Source: Octopus sinensis
Lineage: Eukaryota
DNA: 64,000 bases
Direction of reading: 5' to 3'
Assembly (NCBI RefSeq): GCF_006345805.1
Contig: NC_043008.1
Coordinates: forward strand, 7,874,001 to 7,938,000
The notes under the pieces were generated by a model, which did not search any database, was not told where the DNA came from, and was given only the letters and a program-made list of their open reading frames with translations. How positions within the stretch are numbered: position 1 is the first letter of the stretch; each line of letters starts with the position of its first letter. The position numbers were made by a program, and so were the translations under genes. Below are positions 1 through 13,551 of the stretch, one piece after another.

Positions 1-87
1 AGATGTGTGTGTGTGTGTTTGTGTGTGTGTGCGTGAGCGTGTGTGTGTATGTATGCATGTATGTATGTATATACACAGGTACACACA

Positions 88-165
<78 letters not shown>

Positions 166-171
166 ACATAT

Positions 172-235
<64 letters not shown>

Positions 236-356
236 ATGATATAATATAATATATTTAGCGGTGGTGTATCAGCATGGCCACAGCTCTGAACTGAAATTAC
301 AAAAGAAAAATCATTTATAGATAATTGTGTGCGGGGATTTGTGTGTGTATGTGTGT

Positions 357-391
<35 letters not shown>

Positions 392-549
392 TGTGTGTGT
401 GTGTATGTGCGAGTGAGTGTGTGTGTGTTTGTAGGTATTCACTCAATACGTATTTCCCTACAGAACATCTCTCCCAATAACGTACGTATTTCTACGCATT
501 ATTTCTTTCTCAAGCGTTTCGTATGTAATATTGTTAGCATATTTTATCT

Positions 550-593
<44 letters not shown>

Positions 594-640
594 GCACACA
601 CATACACACATAGACACACACATACGCTGCCACATACACA
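1..640. repeat. Compound microsatellites (TG)n/(CA)n/(TA)n/(AG)n
   Basis: Dinucleotide runs are directly visible and explain the CV/TH/YI ORFs. Confidence 0.95.
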
Positions 641-1397
641 CATACTACAATCAAACTCAAAGAAAAATTCTGAAAAAAAATGAAGCTACGTTGCTGTTTC
701 CGAATACGTAAGAATGAATATTCTGAGAACAGTCTCCCCCTCCTTCTCCTAGCATTGTATTTACGTACCATCGTCGGTGTCACATATGGCATATGCTTTC
801 CCCACCCCCACCCTTCCAATTGTAAAGAAGGAAAATAATTTTCTCATATCTACTGACATGCGCAAAACTTGCACTTACACTCTATATTACTTACACTCAA
901 AGTCGACTGATGCTCACCTTGCGGCAATTTATTCTGTACCACAAGAACGCATCAAAATTCCATGAACTAACACTCAAACAATCTGATCTGCGTTAATTTA
1001 ACTGCATCCTCTTAGGACTTTCAACACAAGGTTCATGGCAAGATCATTACATCTCGAAATGCCTACAAGAGATCTATCATATTTTTGTATACATTTAGAA
1101 CTTCAGTTGGGTTAAAGATTAACTTGCTCATGATTCATCGTATGTTATATGCAGTTGTATATGTCACATGTGCTGTGTCTCAAGTGTAACCAGTAAGAAG
1201 GAAAACTTGAATTAGTATCACTTTGCCGACAGCCTACCAATAAATGTGCAAAGTTCGTCAGTATTCAATTATTTTTTTGCCACAATTTGCAAAATAAATT
1301 AATTCATGGTTCTCCTATGCTCAAGTGCAACACATTTTTAAGTTTGACACAGCATTTGTCTTTGTTTTGAGGCTGAAGCTCATTAAAAACACTTTTC

Positions 1398-1451
<54 letters not shown>

Positions 1452-1462
1452 CACGCACACAT

Positions 1463-1514
<52 letters not shown>

Positions 1515-1537
1515 GAACTAATGTATCGTGTACGGAG

Positions 1538-1715
1538 ATTTTTTCCTCTGTCTCCCTTTCTGGATCTTTCCTTCTCCTATGTTTCCGACGAAGAGCTCCG
1601 CTCGAAACGTTTAACCCTCCTTCTTTCCTTCTTTCCTGAGCGTTCAATAATACTATATTTATTGCACGTCCTCGCGTTGTTGTGTTTTTTTTGTGCTTTC
1701 ATGTTTGGATTAACT
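1538..1715 (+). mobile_element. Penelope-like terminal-repeat-derived short element, family D copy 1
   Basis: About 180 bp with a closely similar reverse copy at 41764-41942. Contains a CCGACGA-A-GAGC..GCTC-GAAAC-GTT motif of the kind found in Penelope-like terminal repeats. Confidence 0.6.
1581..1615 (+). ncRNA. Minimal hammerhead-like motif with variant core CCGACGA
   Basis: Stem I GTTT/TAAC (3 of 4 pairs), core 1585-1591 with U4 changed to C, extra A, stem II GAGC/GCTC, GAAA 1604-1607, then CGTT with no stem III loop. Confidence 0.35.
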
Positions 1716-1728
1716 ATGTGCGTCTGTA

Positions 1729-1781
<53 letters not shown>

Positions 1782-2480
1782 GTATATATATCCTGATAGA
1801 TGGCGACACTGAACGAAGTGCTGCTTTCAAACCATTTTAGCATAAGAGAGACAGTGTGTGTGTGTGTAACACGTAAAGCGTAGATTCTGACACGATAGAT
1901 ATCAATGCCCTGCATATTTAAACGGTCACTCACACACGTTTACACATGCATGTATATGTATGTGTGTGCGTGTGTATGTATGTATATATATATATACGTA
2001 TATATACATATATATATTTATATGTATATGCATATATATGCGTTTGTTTGTATGTGTGTGCATATATGTATATCTTTAAATTCTTTCAATGCATCTGATT
2101 CACAGAATGTTTTTTTTAGCGACGGAATTAATTATCGGTTTTTTAATGAATCAACTGAGATTTTGTTCAATAGATATGAAGTTAATACTAGTGCTTCTTG
2201 CTTTCGAGTCGCTGCGGTTAACCGTTTTTCAATTTAGATATCAACGAACGCATTATATTTTGTTGTGCTTCCTCACTAATAACGTATTGACGTGAGCCAT
2301 ATTCTACTGGATTGGAAGCAATATAGTTTCTTAAAGTACAGTGTTTATACATATAAAATAAATTCCATGATGTATCTGCTCCAGTTTGATACGTAAGTGT
2401 AAAAAATATCTTGCTTTAAATTAAAAAGAGAAATTATATCGAGGAATTTACAATTTTTTTTTCTGGTGTATTTAAAACCT

Positions 2481-2737
2481 TCATCATCATCATTGTTCGA
2501 CCGTGGTCGAGACTATGGTATTTACCGTGCCACGCCAGACCTCACGGTCCATCATAGCATTACGGAGGTCCTGTTGCTGGATACCTGTATCCCAGGAGAT
2601 TACATCAGGGTAGGAGAGTGTGCGTCCTCTGGTATCGCGAGCAGATGGGTTCCAGAGGAGAAGAGTAGAAATTACCTCGTTTTCAGCTCTACAACAATGT
2701 CCAGCAAACTGGACTCTTCTACCTTAGTGTGTATCTA
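2481..2737 (-). mobile_element. RTE-like LINE 3' end (ORF2 C-terminus and TGA tail)
   Basis: The minus strand reads GRRVQFAGHCCRAENEVISTLLLWNPSARDTRGRTLSYPDVISWDTGIQQQDLRNAMMDREVWRGTVNTIVSTTVEQ*, followed by (TGA)n. FAGH, LLLW and DR..WR match RTE-type ORF2 C-termini. Confidence 0.75.
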
Positions 2738-3970
2738 GAATATAAAATCTTTCGCGTAAAACAGAGTGTCATCATTGTAGTGGTCATCCGGAAAAAGGAG
2801 ATAAATTCACTCAGTGGTTTGTGAACAGAAATAGAGGAAGGAACGTACATTTATGTGGTTTCGTTTGGAAGCTGGATATGTAAATATATAATAAGAACTC
2901 CATAGCATTCGAATCGCTATAGAACTAAAAATACTGACATTCAAGGTGCATTGGAATATCCTACTCGTTTGATAAGTGTTAAAGAACGAAATAATTGTAG
3001 GCTAATTGTTAAACTAATTGTTAAACTATAGAGATAGAAAAGATTTAAAAAATACATGAAGTTTGAAAAGCAGAAACACTTTCGTCTCCTTTATGTCAGG
3101 AACAAATGTCACTGAATACATGAAGCAGAGACCATAGCTTGTTTCTCTGTATATTCCGAAGAGAATAAAAATGGCTCGAAATCTAGTTTGCCCATTTTGT
3201 GGATACCTGACAAAAAGTTTAGCATTTCTTTACTGAATGGTTCATTGAATAAGTCTTCCCTTATTTTACTACCAGGAAATAATTTAATGCTCAAGGCATT
3301 TCTGATATCGGAAAATGTTTCTGATTATTTTCCTTATCTTAAATGAATCCAAACATGCATAAATGTTCAAAATGGTTTTCATTGCAAAAAAAAACACACA
3401 CTTCAGTAACACACCATTTGTATTATGTTGATGTTTGCGAATTTGAAGGTAGTTGATTACAGCGTTTGATGATGAATATAATTTGATCAAAGGTTTCTGA
3501 TAAAATTAATCCCTTGCGCAACCAATAAGCGATTATCGGTAACTGATAAAATTGTTGAACAATGCTCAAATTGCGTCGAATTTCTATGGGGAAAATTAGA
3601 GGTTCAGAAGACGGCAAAGCTTTTAAAAATTGATATCAATTTTAAAAGAAAATAAAAAAATATAACCAAACTACAACTACAAAATCAATGTTTTTATTGT
3701 TCCCTATTTATTGCTCATTCCATAACGGAAGTGTGTCTATATTTTATGAAATTGTATATAATTTTGATTAAAAAAAGTGTTTTTCAAGAGTAGTATGTGT
3801 ATTTATGTACGCATAACAGTGTGTGTGTGTGTGTGTGTATGTGTGTGTGTATGTGTGTGTGTGTCTAAAAAAGAAGAGCAAATTCTAGCGTAATTTAAAT
3901 ACAATATTAGTCAATTATTAATTTGAAATTGTTTGGAACATTAAGTTTCGAAATCAATTTTTATATAGAA

Positions 3971-4368
3971 CTAGCAGTATCGGCCGGCGTTGCTCGGGTT
4001 TGTAAGGGAAATAACTATAAAGCATTTTTAGAGAGTTATAGACAAAAAATAGCAAAAGAATGCATTAGAAATGGAAGAAAAAAATTATGGTAAATTTTTT
4101 TTAAATCGTTGACTCATCGTAGACATTTTTAGAGAGTTACTTCCCTTATATAATAGCGAAAAAAATGCATTAAAATGGAAAAAATGATGGTAATTTTTTT
4201 TTTAAATAGTAGACTCATCGTAGACGCGCGCTAATACCCAGAAGGGCTCGATATGAATCACGACTATAAGATACCCGGTTTTGGTTAAACTGTACCGCAA
4301 AATGTGGGAGTAGTTAGGAATCTAAATCGGAGGAGACAGACACACAACTTCACTTTTATATATAAAGA
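3971..4368 (-). mobile_element. Non-autonomous Helitron
   Basis: The minus strand starts TCTTTATATATAAAA and ends with a GC-rich hairpin (CCCGAGCAACGCCGG) plus CTAG, inserted at A^T. It has an internal ~100-bp duplication. A second copy lies at 58816-59112. Confidence 0.8.
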
Positions 4369-5519
4369 TAAACTTTTGATTTATATGACATTTGATTTAT
4401 ATGCCACCGCTTCTTACATATCACACGAACATATCAAACAATGTTCACTGGTAATATATGTTAAATTATCCAGAGATGTTCACAAAGGAACCGAACCACG
4501 ACGTAAGCAATAACAGCAGTTCGTACATAGAAATTCTGTTTACTGACGTTGGAATGCGATAAACGATAAACAGCATATGAACATCTGTGTGAAGACTCCC
4601 CGCAAAAAAGCTATCTCTTATGCCAGTTAATATATCAAAGAATGTAATTTGCTGGGTTTTGCTTGGTGATGCTGCACGAGAAATCTCTATGTGCAAGATG
4701 TTCGGCTGTTGTTTTACGTACGTAACACGTCATAAAGCGCTAGACTGCATTTGAAGGGATGTAAGGTAGTAGCATAACTGTTCATCAAAGCGGGCCACCA
4801 GTTAAGCCATCTTGGAAACTATCGCCTAAAAGTTTTCGAAGCCAGGTGTCATGCTTTTTAAAAAGGATAGTGTAGTTCGTTGCTGGGAAGCTCACCAGCA
4901 GTCACCTACGAAGTGGAGTTTATTGGAGTGAACGTTATGAAGAACAATATCTAATTTATAAGAAAAAGAAAATACTATCCAAGCAATAAGAAGAAAAAAC
5001 AAAATATTTGGAATGCATAGTCACAATGCCAACATATACAGGCAACGTAATGCAAATAGGATACCTCAGCCGCAAGGATCATAAAATATGTTCAAATGAT
5101 GAAATCGAGTAGGCATAGTATTCATGTGACCTTAGCCTGCATTGGATGCAATTTAGTTTGTGTGTAAGCTGACTCTGACCACTCTGTTGCTACTGCTCGT
5201 TACTGGGCAGATGAAGTCATTTTAGAGGCTCACAAAAGTGATGCGCCAATTCAGAATCACATTTTGATTGGCAGAGGTGACTATTCTGTTGCTTGTCGCA
5301 TCCTCTCATCGAATGTCAGCATTTAGTAGGCGAAATGATTGCGACATTAATAATAAGCAAATACGCGAGATACTGCGACAAAACGAATATTTTCCATAGG
5401 TTTATTATATATTTCATATATTACATATGCACGAAATATATTCTTATAATGCACAACATTTCTCTAGAGATGTAATACATAAAGATTTACAGAATGGAAG
5501 ATACAGCCACTCCAGTAGT

Positions 5520-5720
5520 TGAATGGTAAGAAGTTTGCTACCCAACCACATGCATCCGGGTTCAGTCCCACTGCGTGGCAACTTGATCAACTATCTCCTG
5601 CTCTAGCATTGGTGCGGACTAAAGCCTTGTGAGTGAATTTTGTATACGGAAACTTACAGAAACCCGTTGTACACACACACATGTGTGTGTATGCGTGTGT
5701 GTGTGCATATATGTGTGTAT
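5520..5720 (+). mobile_element. Degenerate tRNA-derived SINE, 5' half
   Basis: CCGGGTTCAGTCCCACTGCGTGGCA and GCCTTGTGAGTG are shared with the intact copy at 8997. Confidence 0.7.
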
Positions 5721-7412
5721 ATAGTATCATTGATCATGCTCTCTTCTTGACAATGCTTTTCATGACGGCGACGGCAATGATGATGATGATGATTATATTT
5801 TTATTTGTGATAATTAAATAAATTTCAACAGTAATATGTACAACGATAATTATAAACTAAATTACAGCAGTAACGTTTACGGCGAAGATACAGATAAAAG
5901 TGAGGATAGGAATTACATCGTTATTACTAAGAAGAAAGCTGATAGCTAAGAGCGAACAGTTGCTTAAATAATGCTTATAATAATATGTATCCCGGCGCAC
6001 CCACCGCTAACACCCGTATATGTTAATGATAATTCTGATGATAATAGCGATGAAAACGATGACCTGCATACCCATGACAATTATCCCCCCACATCAAAAC
6101 TATAATATTAATGATTATTATGTTAGTATTTTGACGAAGATGACAATCATCAGCTATTTGATATGCCGCTTTGTTAATGTGGGGAAATCAAATGGCTTCC
6201 TTCTATAAGGAGTAAAATCTTATCTTCAAAAGCAAAAGCATTAACTTTAATTGCAGAGTGCACTAATTAAGTGAATTATTTCCTGAATTACTTGCCATCA
6301 ATAGACGAAACAGTAATTAACTATTCCACTGATTAGATTGATTTTATTCTAGGTGTTTCCCTTTTGTAGAAATACAACAGAATTAAAATCCTGTTGAAGC
6401 CAGTATTAAATATTAGCGATCGACATCTTTGAAAGTTAGAGCTAACCGAATTGATGTAATCTAACATATTAAATATTTGATGTCTATTAGCACTGGCTAA
6501 TATTTTCTTAGCCTACGTCACTGGGAGCAAATAAATATAACCTTATATCTGCATGTATGCTAGAGAGAGACGGAGAGAGAGATTGTATGAATGTGTATGT
6601 TTGTGTGTGTGCTCGTGTGAACCATGAACCCTACTTTACCTACACTAATGAAGGAAGGTAATCCATTTTCAGGATTTTGGAAGCAAAATGCTTACACTAA
6701 TAATGATATTTGCAGAAATGATATCTTGGATTTATGAAGAATGAGTTGGATTTTTTTAGCTAAGTTTTTGAGAATTGTTCCGGTGAAATAAATGCACGAA
6801 ATATCTGCAAAGTTGATAATATTTTGAGCATTTGTTTCTCTTGATAAGAAAATATACAGAATATGACTATGAACCCTTTTAAAACGGTGAAGGTAAATTT
6901 ACGCACGCAATGTACATGCTTTAAATCGGTCGAAGCAATTATACGCCGCTTGATGAAAAACACGATGCCTGAGTTACCACCGCTCCATCAGCCGATAGGT
7001 CAATTACATGTTTCGTGTAAATATTCACCACCCGGTAGCCTGGTCCTGCCAGTCTGGCTCTGTCAACTTCGTCGCCGTGTCCTGTTTCGTCGAATTTACG
7101 GTTACCGCGTCCTACCACATCGGTTCCGTCAAATTCATCGGTTCCCTTAAATATACGCCGAACGTTGTCTCACACAAAGTGATCACCTCAATCAGCGCCA
7201 TTTGCCGTTGCCGCGCGCAGGCAACCGAATGAATCCACATCGGAAAAGGGTTAAAGCGGTTGATGTAAATATACGCTGAACCGTAGTCGTGCGCTGACAG
7301 ATGATCTCAGCCGAGATGATTACCGTCAATGCAACTTGGTTGATTCATATATAACAAAAAGACCGTTGTCATGGGGTTGAAAGAGTTTTTGTGTAGTAGA
7401 ATATTAACATGT

Positions 7413-7661
7413 GGAGGCGCGTGGCTTAGTGGTTATGGTGTCAGCATCATGATCGTAATATTGTGGTTTCGATTCCTGGACCGGGCGATGCGCTATGTTC
7501 TTGAGCAAAACAATTCATTTCACGTTGCTCCAGTCCACTCAGCTGGCAAAAATGAGTAACGCTGCGATGGACTGGCGTCCCGTCCAATTGGGGCACACAT
7601 ACGCCATTGAAACCGGGGGAACCGTTCCCTTGAGCCTGGCTAGGCTTTAAAAGGGCGCATT
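7413..7661 (+). mobile_element. tRNA-derived SINE (second family)
   Basis: tRNA-like head GGAGGCGCGTGGCTTAGTGG...TTCGATTCC, then CACGTTGCTCCAGTCCACTCAGCTG, also found in the 29493 copy. Confidence 0.8.
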
Positions 7662-8996
7662 TATTTTGAGAATGTTAGTATTATTATTTGAAGAGTTTTA
7701 TTTGAATCTAAATTACTTAATACAAACCTGATCTTGTAACTCTTGATAACAATGAAATATCAACAAAATTTATAGGTTAGCACAAATTGCGTTTACGCTT
7801 TGTACTGAGCGACCATAATGCGTCTCCACAGCTATTCTAGAATAATATCAGGTTGGATTAATATTGGAAATTAAAATCTCATTTTTCATGTACCTGCAGC
7901 ATTTACCAAGTACATTCGGCAGATATACTCCAATACTGACAATGGCATGAAGTAAGAAAAGTCCTCACTGACAGACGACTTATGATCTCAGATTGCTTTT
8001 AGTTTATCTTGTATCCGGCTTAAGTGGTGTTCGGTATGCATATGGCTACATTGATAAATACATTTATAAATACATATACGAGTAAGTAAATATATAGATG
8101 TGTGTGTGTGTGTGTGTGTGTGTGTATGCACACGTATATATATATATATATATATATATTTACATGTATATATGAACAAGCATTTGTGTATGTATGTGTG
8201 TCTGCGTGTGTGCATAATTATGAATCTAAAGATATAGATATTTACTTTTGTCCCTCAGCATCAACGTGAATATATGCCTGCTTTTGTGTGTGAGTGTGCG
8301 TGTGTGTGAGTTTCTGTGATCATGTATGTGTGCGTGTGTGTGAGTGTGCGCGCGCGTGTGTCTGAAAGTGTGTATGTGAGTGTAGAAAGACAAAATAAAT
8401 GTAGATTATCTACAGGACATGGAACAAAAGCATAAAATATAGTATCACTGTTTGAATATTTTCAAGGAGACTCATCGGAATACAAAATGAAAAATAAGCG
8501 ATTCTAAGAAACTGGAAAAGCGAGAACGGACACTATAGGAAAAAAAATGAAGGCACATCCCAGTGTGCAACGGGATCAAAACTGCAAGATACTACAATAT
8601 ATAGGAGACTGATAAAACGTGACATAGAGGAAGAAAGAAAAGTTACCGAAAGGATGAAAATAAAAGTCGTAAGGAAAGATTCATCGAGAGAAGGAGACAA
8701 TTTAAATTGTTATGGTGAAGGTAATTCTTTGTTGCGGGAGAATAAAATGGAAACCAGTGCATTAGAAATGTAAGTTGAAATAAAATTTAGGTTGCATAGA
8801 AATTTGATTGTGGAGAAGAGGACAAAATGACAAAAAACAAACACTCGTCAGGAATAAAGTCCAGATTCATGAGATGTTCTGTGTATTTATTAAGGAAAAT
8901 TATTTATATAGACCACGTTTGTGTTTGAATGAAGATATCAATGAGATCCGGTACATATAGAGTATAAAGTTGTATATATATATATATATATATATA

Positions 8997-9417
8997 GGCG
9001 CAGGAGTGGCTGTTTGGTAAGTAGCTTGCTAACCAACCACATGGTTCCGGGTTCAGTCCCACTGCGTGGCATCTTGGGCACGTGTCTTCTGCTATAGCCC
9101 CGGGCAGACCAATGCCTTGTGAGTGGATTTGGTAGACGGACACTGAAAGAAGCCTGTCGTATATATGTATATATGTATATATATATGTGTGAATATGTTT
9201 GTGTGTCTGTGTTTGTTCCCCTAGCATTGCTTGACAACCGATGCTGGTATGTTTACGTCCCCGTCACTTAGCGGTTCGGCAAAAGAGACCGATAGAATAA
9301 GTACTGGGCTTACAAAGAATAAGTCCCGGGGTCGATTTGCTCGACTAAAGGCGGTGCTCCAGCATGGCCGCAGTCAAATGACTGAAACAAGTAAAAAGAG
9401 AGAAAAAGAGAAAACAG
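8997..9417 (+). mobile_element. Full-length tRNA-derived SINE with internal (TA/TG)n (Octopus-type)
   Basis: Head GGCGCAGGAGTGGCTGT..GGTTCAGTCCC and tail GGCGGTGCTCCAGCATGGCCGCAGTCAAATGACTGAAAC. Many copies occur in this window. Confidence 0.9.
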
Positions 9418-10748
9418 TATATATATATATATAAATCCAAGCTACCAGGGAAAAATTCAATTTAGTATTAAATCAAATTTCACAGTATAACTATATAAAA
9501 TATAATTAGAGATAAAACCACTAGACATAAACCAAAACATAAATAACAAATAATAAATATTTTTATAAAAATACATCTCAAAATGTATAAAAAATGAATG
9601 ATCAATAAATGATATAAGTAAAAAACCTACGTACGTTTCATGGCTACAATTAAATGCAATTTATATGTTATATATATATATATACTCCCAGCCATGTAGG
9701 CTAAGAAAATATTAGCCAATGGTAAGAGGCACCAAATATTTAATATGTTAGATGGCCGTCTAATATTACATCAATTTGGTTAGCTCTTACTTTCATTGAG
9801 GAGGATCGGTAATATTTCATGCTATCTTCATCAGGATTTTAATTTTGTTGTATTTCTACCAAAGGGGAACACCTAAAATAAAATTAATCTAATCAGGGTA
9901 TCGAAATTGCGATAACTGATACGGAGTAATTTTGTTCTGTGAAAAAAAGTCAAGTTTGATGGCAAGGCGTGGAATCATGCAATCATCTAATATCGCAAAT
10001 GAAAAATGATGGATTTACGTGCAAACACATCCTACAAGAGAGTGACAGTAACTTCAATCGTGCAAATGATCCAGTGGTAACGATGAGAAAGGAAAAATAA
10101 AATATAACCTTTGAAGCGATGGGAGCAAAAATAGAAGGGTTTGGCAATAAAAAAGAGCGGAAGAGAAATATTGAGAGAGCGATGCAAGAGAGAAAATACC
10201 GTAAGTGGCAACGACAAAGTAGGGAAGAATAAAAGAAATGAGATAGAGGGGAGGGGAGCATTCCAATTTTTTAATCATGCTCATTAATGTAGGTACACTT
10301 ACAGTTTTAATGTACTGTTTCTTTTTACCTTCACATTAATTATTTCTCTCTCGTTCCCTCTCTCTCTCTCTCTCTCTCTCTCTCAGTGACCAATCTATCC
10401 TTTTCTCTTCTCTATAAATTTTGCAATTTTATATCACTCATTTCCCCCCACCCCCAGTATCTACAGAGTGTTTTATAACGAAGCTACCTCTTCCCCCTCA
10501 TTTATTTTCTCCGTCGAGCAGCATAAATCGTTTATTTCCTTTGTCAGCTCGTTCCAACCATTCCTCCAATTCCAGTTTACAGTCGTCAGATGTTTTGAAA
10601 ACTCTGTACTTATTGAATACCCTCACCATTTCCTACTCCTTCACCCTCACCACATTTCATTTTTAACTACACTTATCTTCAGCCATCACTTTTTATGTAC
10701 CCCCAAAGTATCAGGCTCCTACCCACAAACTTCACTGCTTTCGTCCTG

Positions 10749-11127
10749 TGACGTGGGTCATTTCGCTTTCTAATACATGAGAATTTGTCAGAAGGCCTCC
10801 AGGGAACAGTTGTGGGAGCTCAGCCACAGAATTCATGACTCAAAGTAGTATATGTTTTGAATAGGACTTGATTGGTAGAAGATAGTCACATGACTCACAT
10901 CAGAAACTTTCGTAGATTCCCCGCTACGTCCACGTGTTAGCATCAAGTGACAACGTTTGGCGTGATAAGTTAAGGCTGACACGGTTAATTGAACATGTCT
11001 AGTGACGGTACCAAACAATCAATGTTCTCAATGTTTTCTGTCAAGTGTTTCTAGAGAATGAACACGTGATTAAGTTTAGAAACTTTTGAACGTTTCCCGC
11101 TACTTCTGTGCGTTAGTGTCACATGAC
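10749..11127. promoter_or_regulatory. Candidate enhancer or promoter: cluster of bZIP and bHLH motifs
   Basis: TGACTCA at 10836 and 10891, GTCACATGAC at 10885 and 11118, CACGTG at 10931 and 11063, TGACGTG at 10749, ATTGG at 10871, all in non-repetitive-looking DNA. Confidence 0.35.
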
Positions 11128-11259
11128 AGTATATTTTGCACCTAAAAAACATTTAATTACAGTAATAAAATAATAATTTAACTTTTCTCATGTGTATTTT
11201 CAACTTCTATTCCCCTATATTTCTACCCGTGTGGAATAAAATAACTTTGTTTTATGCAT

Positions 11260-11303
<44 letters not shown>

Positions 11304-12123
11304 ATACAGTAATCAACACATACCACTTACATTACTAATGCACAGCTGCACATGTGCACACAAATAGGACACACGATCACCTGAAAATATTAAATTCGCC
11401 CACATATATAGGTAAACGCTGACATATGTGACGGAAAGACAAATTTAACACATACAGCTTCTAACATTGTCACAAACACACATACCCATACATATATACA
11501 CACACACATTAAAAAGTTACCGACTTATCTTCATCGTTCACACAAATACATTCAAATATGCAAGCTAACATTCCTGACGTCATATACACACATACACACA
11601 CACATCATTTCACACATATACATATCACACACTCCACCATTTCTCTCCTCCCTCCCACTAGTCTCACCGTATCGTAAAAATGCATTATCAGTTAATCCCT
11701 CCAGTCTCTTTCCATAAACACCCATGCAATAGATTTCTATATAGCACTATTGGTATTAACTGTCTCGCAATCATGTTTATATATTCTCTTTGTCTCTAGT
11801 CTGTTTGTCTCTGTGTCTGTCTCTTTGTGTCTGTCTCTCTCTCTGTTTCTGTCTGTCTATCTCTGTCTCAGTCTGTCTCACTCTATCTCTGTGAGCACAA
11901 ACACATAAGAGCATATTGTGAATTGGACACTTGCCCAGTATTCCAGCCACACACGCCAAATAGAAAGCACAATGCATTCACATTCAGAAGCTGCGATCAG
12001 ACAACCACACACACGCACACACATACAAACAATTGTGTATTCTTTCACAAATGATGTATTTAATCTAAGAATAAAACGTAACACATATTGTCCGCGTTGT
12101 TCTCATAAAACCGTTCACATATT

Positions 12124-12533
12124 ACTCTTTTATTTTTTAGATATTTTCAGTAATTTGACTGCGGCCATGTTGGAGCACCGCCTTTTAGTCAAAGAAATCA
12201 ACCCCAGGACTCATTCTTTGTAAGCTTGGTACTTATTCTATCGGCCTCTTATGCCGAACTTGTAAGTTACGGGGACATGAATACATCAAACATATGTTGT
12301 TAAGCGACGGTAGGGGGACAAACACAGACACAAATACACACACACATACACATACATGCACACGCACATACGACGGGCCTCTTTCAGCTTCCGTCTACTA
12401 AATCCACTCACAAGGCTTTGGTCGGCCCCGGGCTATAGTAGAGTACACTTGCCCTAGGTGCCACGAAGTGGGACTGAACCAGAACTATGTGGTTGGGACG
12501 CAAGCTTTTTACCACACGACCACTCCTACGCCT
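12124..12533 (-). mobile_element. Full-length SINE, same family as 8997
   Basis: Reverse-complement match of both head and tail. Confidence 0.85.
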
Positions 12534-13329
12534 ATAAAAATCGGAAAGGAAGTTTTTGTAGGGACAACAGGGCACCGAGTCTGCAGTTATTTTTGTTGAT
12601 TGACCTCATACAACGAATGGTTGTACATTTCGTTCCTCATATGCATGTACAAGTTTATTCATCATCATTTTCTTTATTGTATTCAATTCTAGAAAACGTG
12701 AAACATATCGTTGCCTGCGACATTTGGCCAATCCTCGATGCATATATGAATATATGTTTGTATGTTCAGTGGGAAATAGCCCGTTAGTTTGAAATATGGG
12801 CAATTAATATATATCCATACGTTAATAGTTTCAAAAGTGGAAATTTTGTCGAAGGGATGAATCGATAAACTGGAACGCCGCATTTGACTTGTACTTTAAT
12901 TGATCATCCCTAAATAGATTAAGGGGTATTTTGATCCGCGTCGGATTGGATGACAACACGTAAGCGGCCAGAAGTCATATTGTAAATCATATTTCTGGAT
13001 TGTTTAAAGTTGCTGCCAACCCACCACAATTTAATAACACAATGATAACAGATGTCACTATTAAGATCTCTCAGCGAGAAGAAATTTCTCGGTTTCCTAT
13101 TATCAATATTTATTTTATCACGCAAACTGTGTTGTAGTACAGTCGTCAAACTTAAGAGTTAAATGTCACATACATTAATCTGAATTTGTCCAGTTGACTA
13201 CAATTGTTGCTATGCACACATGCACGCACACACACACACACACACAATTGCGTATATAAACAGTCGTTATGATAGCTTTATAAAAATAACATAAAATTCA
13301 TTGGAGTAGTTGTGAAGACATATACCGTG

Positions 13330-13551
13330 TCTTATTTATTGCCCACAAGGGATTAAATGTAGAAGGGACAAACAAGGACAGAGAAAGGGATTAAGTCGAT
13401 TACATCGACCCCAGTGCCTAATTGGTACTTAATTTATTGACTCCGAAAGGATGAAAAGCAAAGTCGACTTCGGCGGAATTTGAACTCAGAACGTAAAGAC
13501 AAGACCTAATACTGCTAAGCATTTCGCCCGGCGTGCTAACGCTTCTGCCAG
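13330..13551 (-). mobile_element. SINE (third family, GAGCTGGCAGAA head)
   Basis: Reverse complement of the family at 27848; shares the GTCGAC..TTTCATCCTTTCGG core. Confidence 0.8.

Noticed and set aside
7413-7490. tRNA-like sequences here and at 8997, 29493 and 44440-44518
   Set aside because: They continue directly into SINE bodies, so they are SINE heads rather than tRNA genes.
9620-9840. GAAACGTACGTA and CTGATGAAG on the minus strand, suggesting a hammerhead
   Set aside because: The two halves are about 190 nt apart and no stem II forms next to the core. At most this is a decayed relic.
10119-10206. Short plus ORF MGAKIEGFGNKKERKRN.. ending at GTAAGT
   Set aside because: Only 27 codons in purine-rich low-complexity DNA, with no other support.
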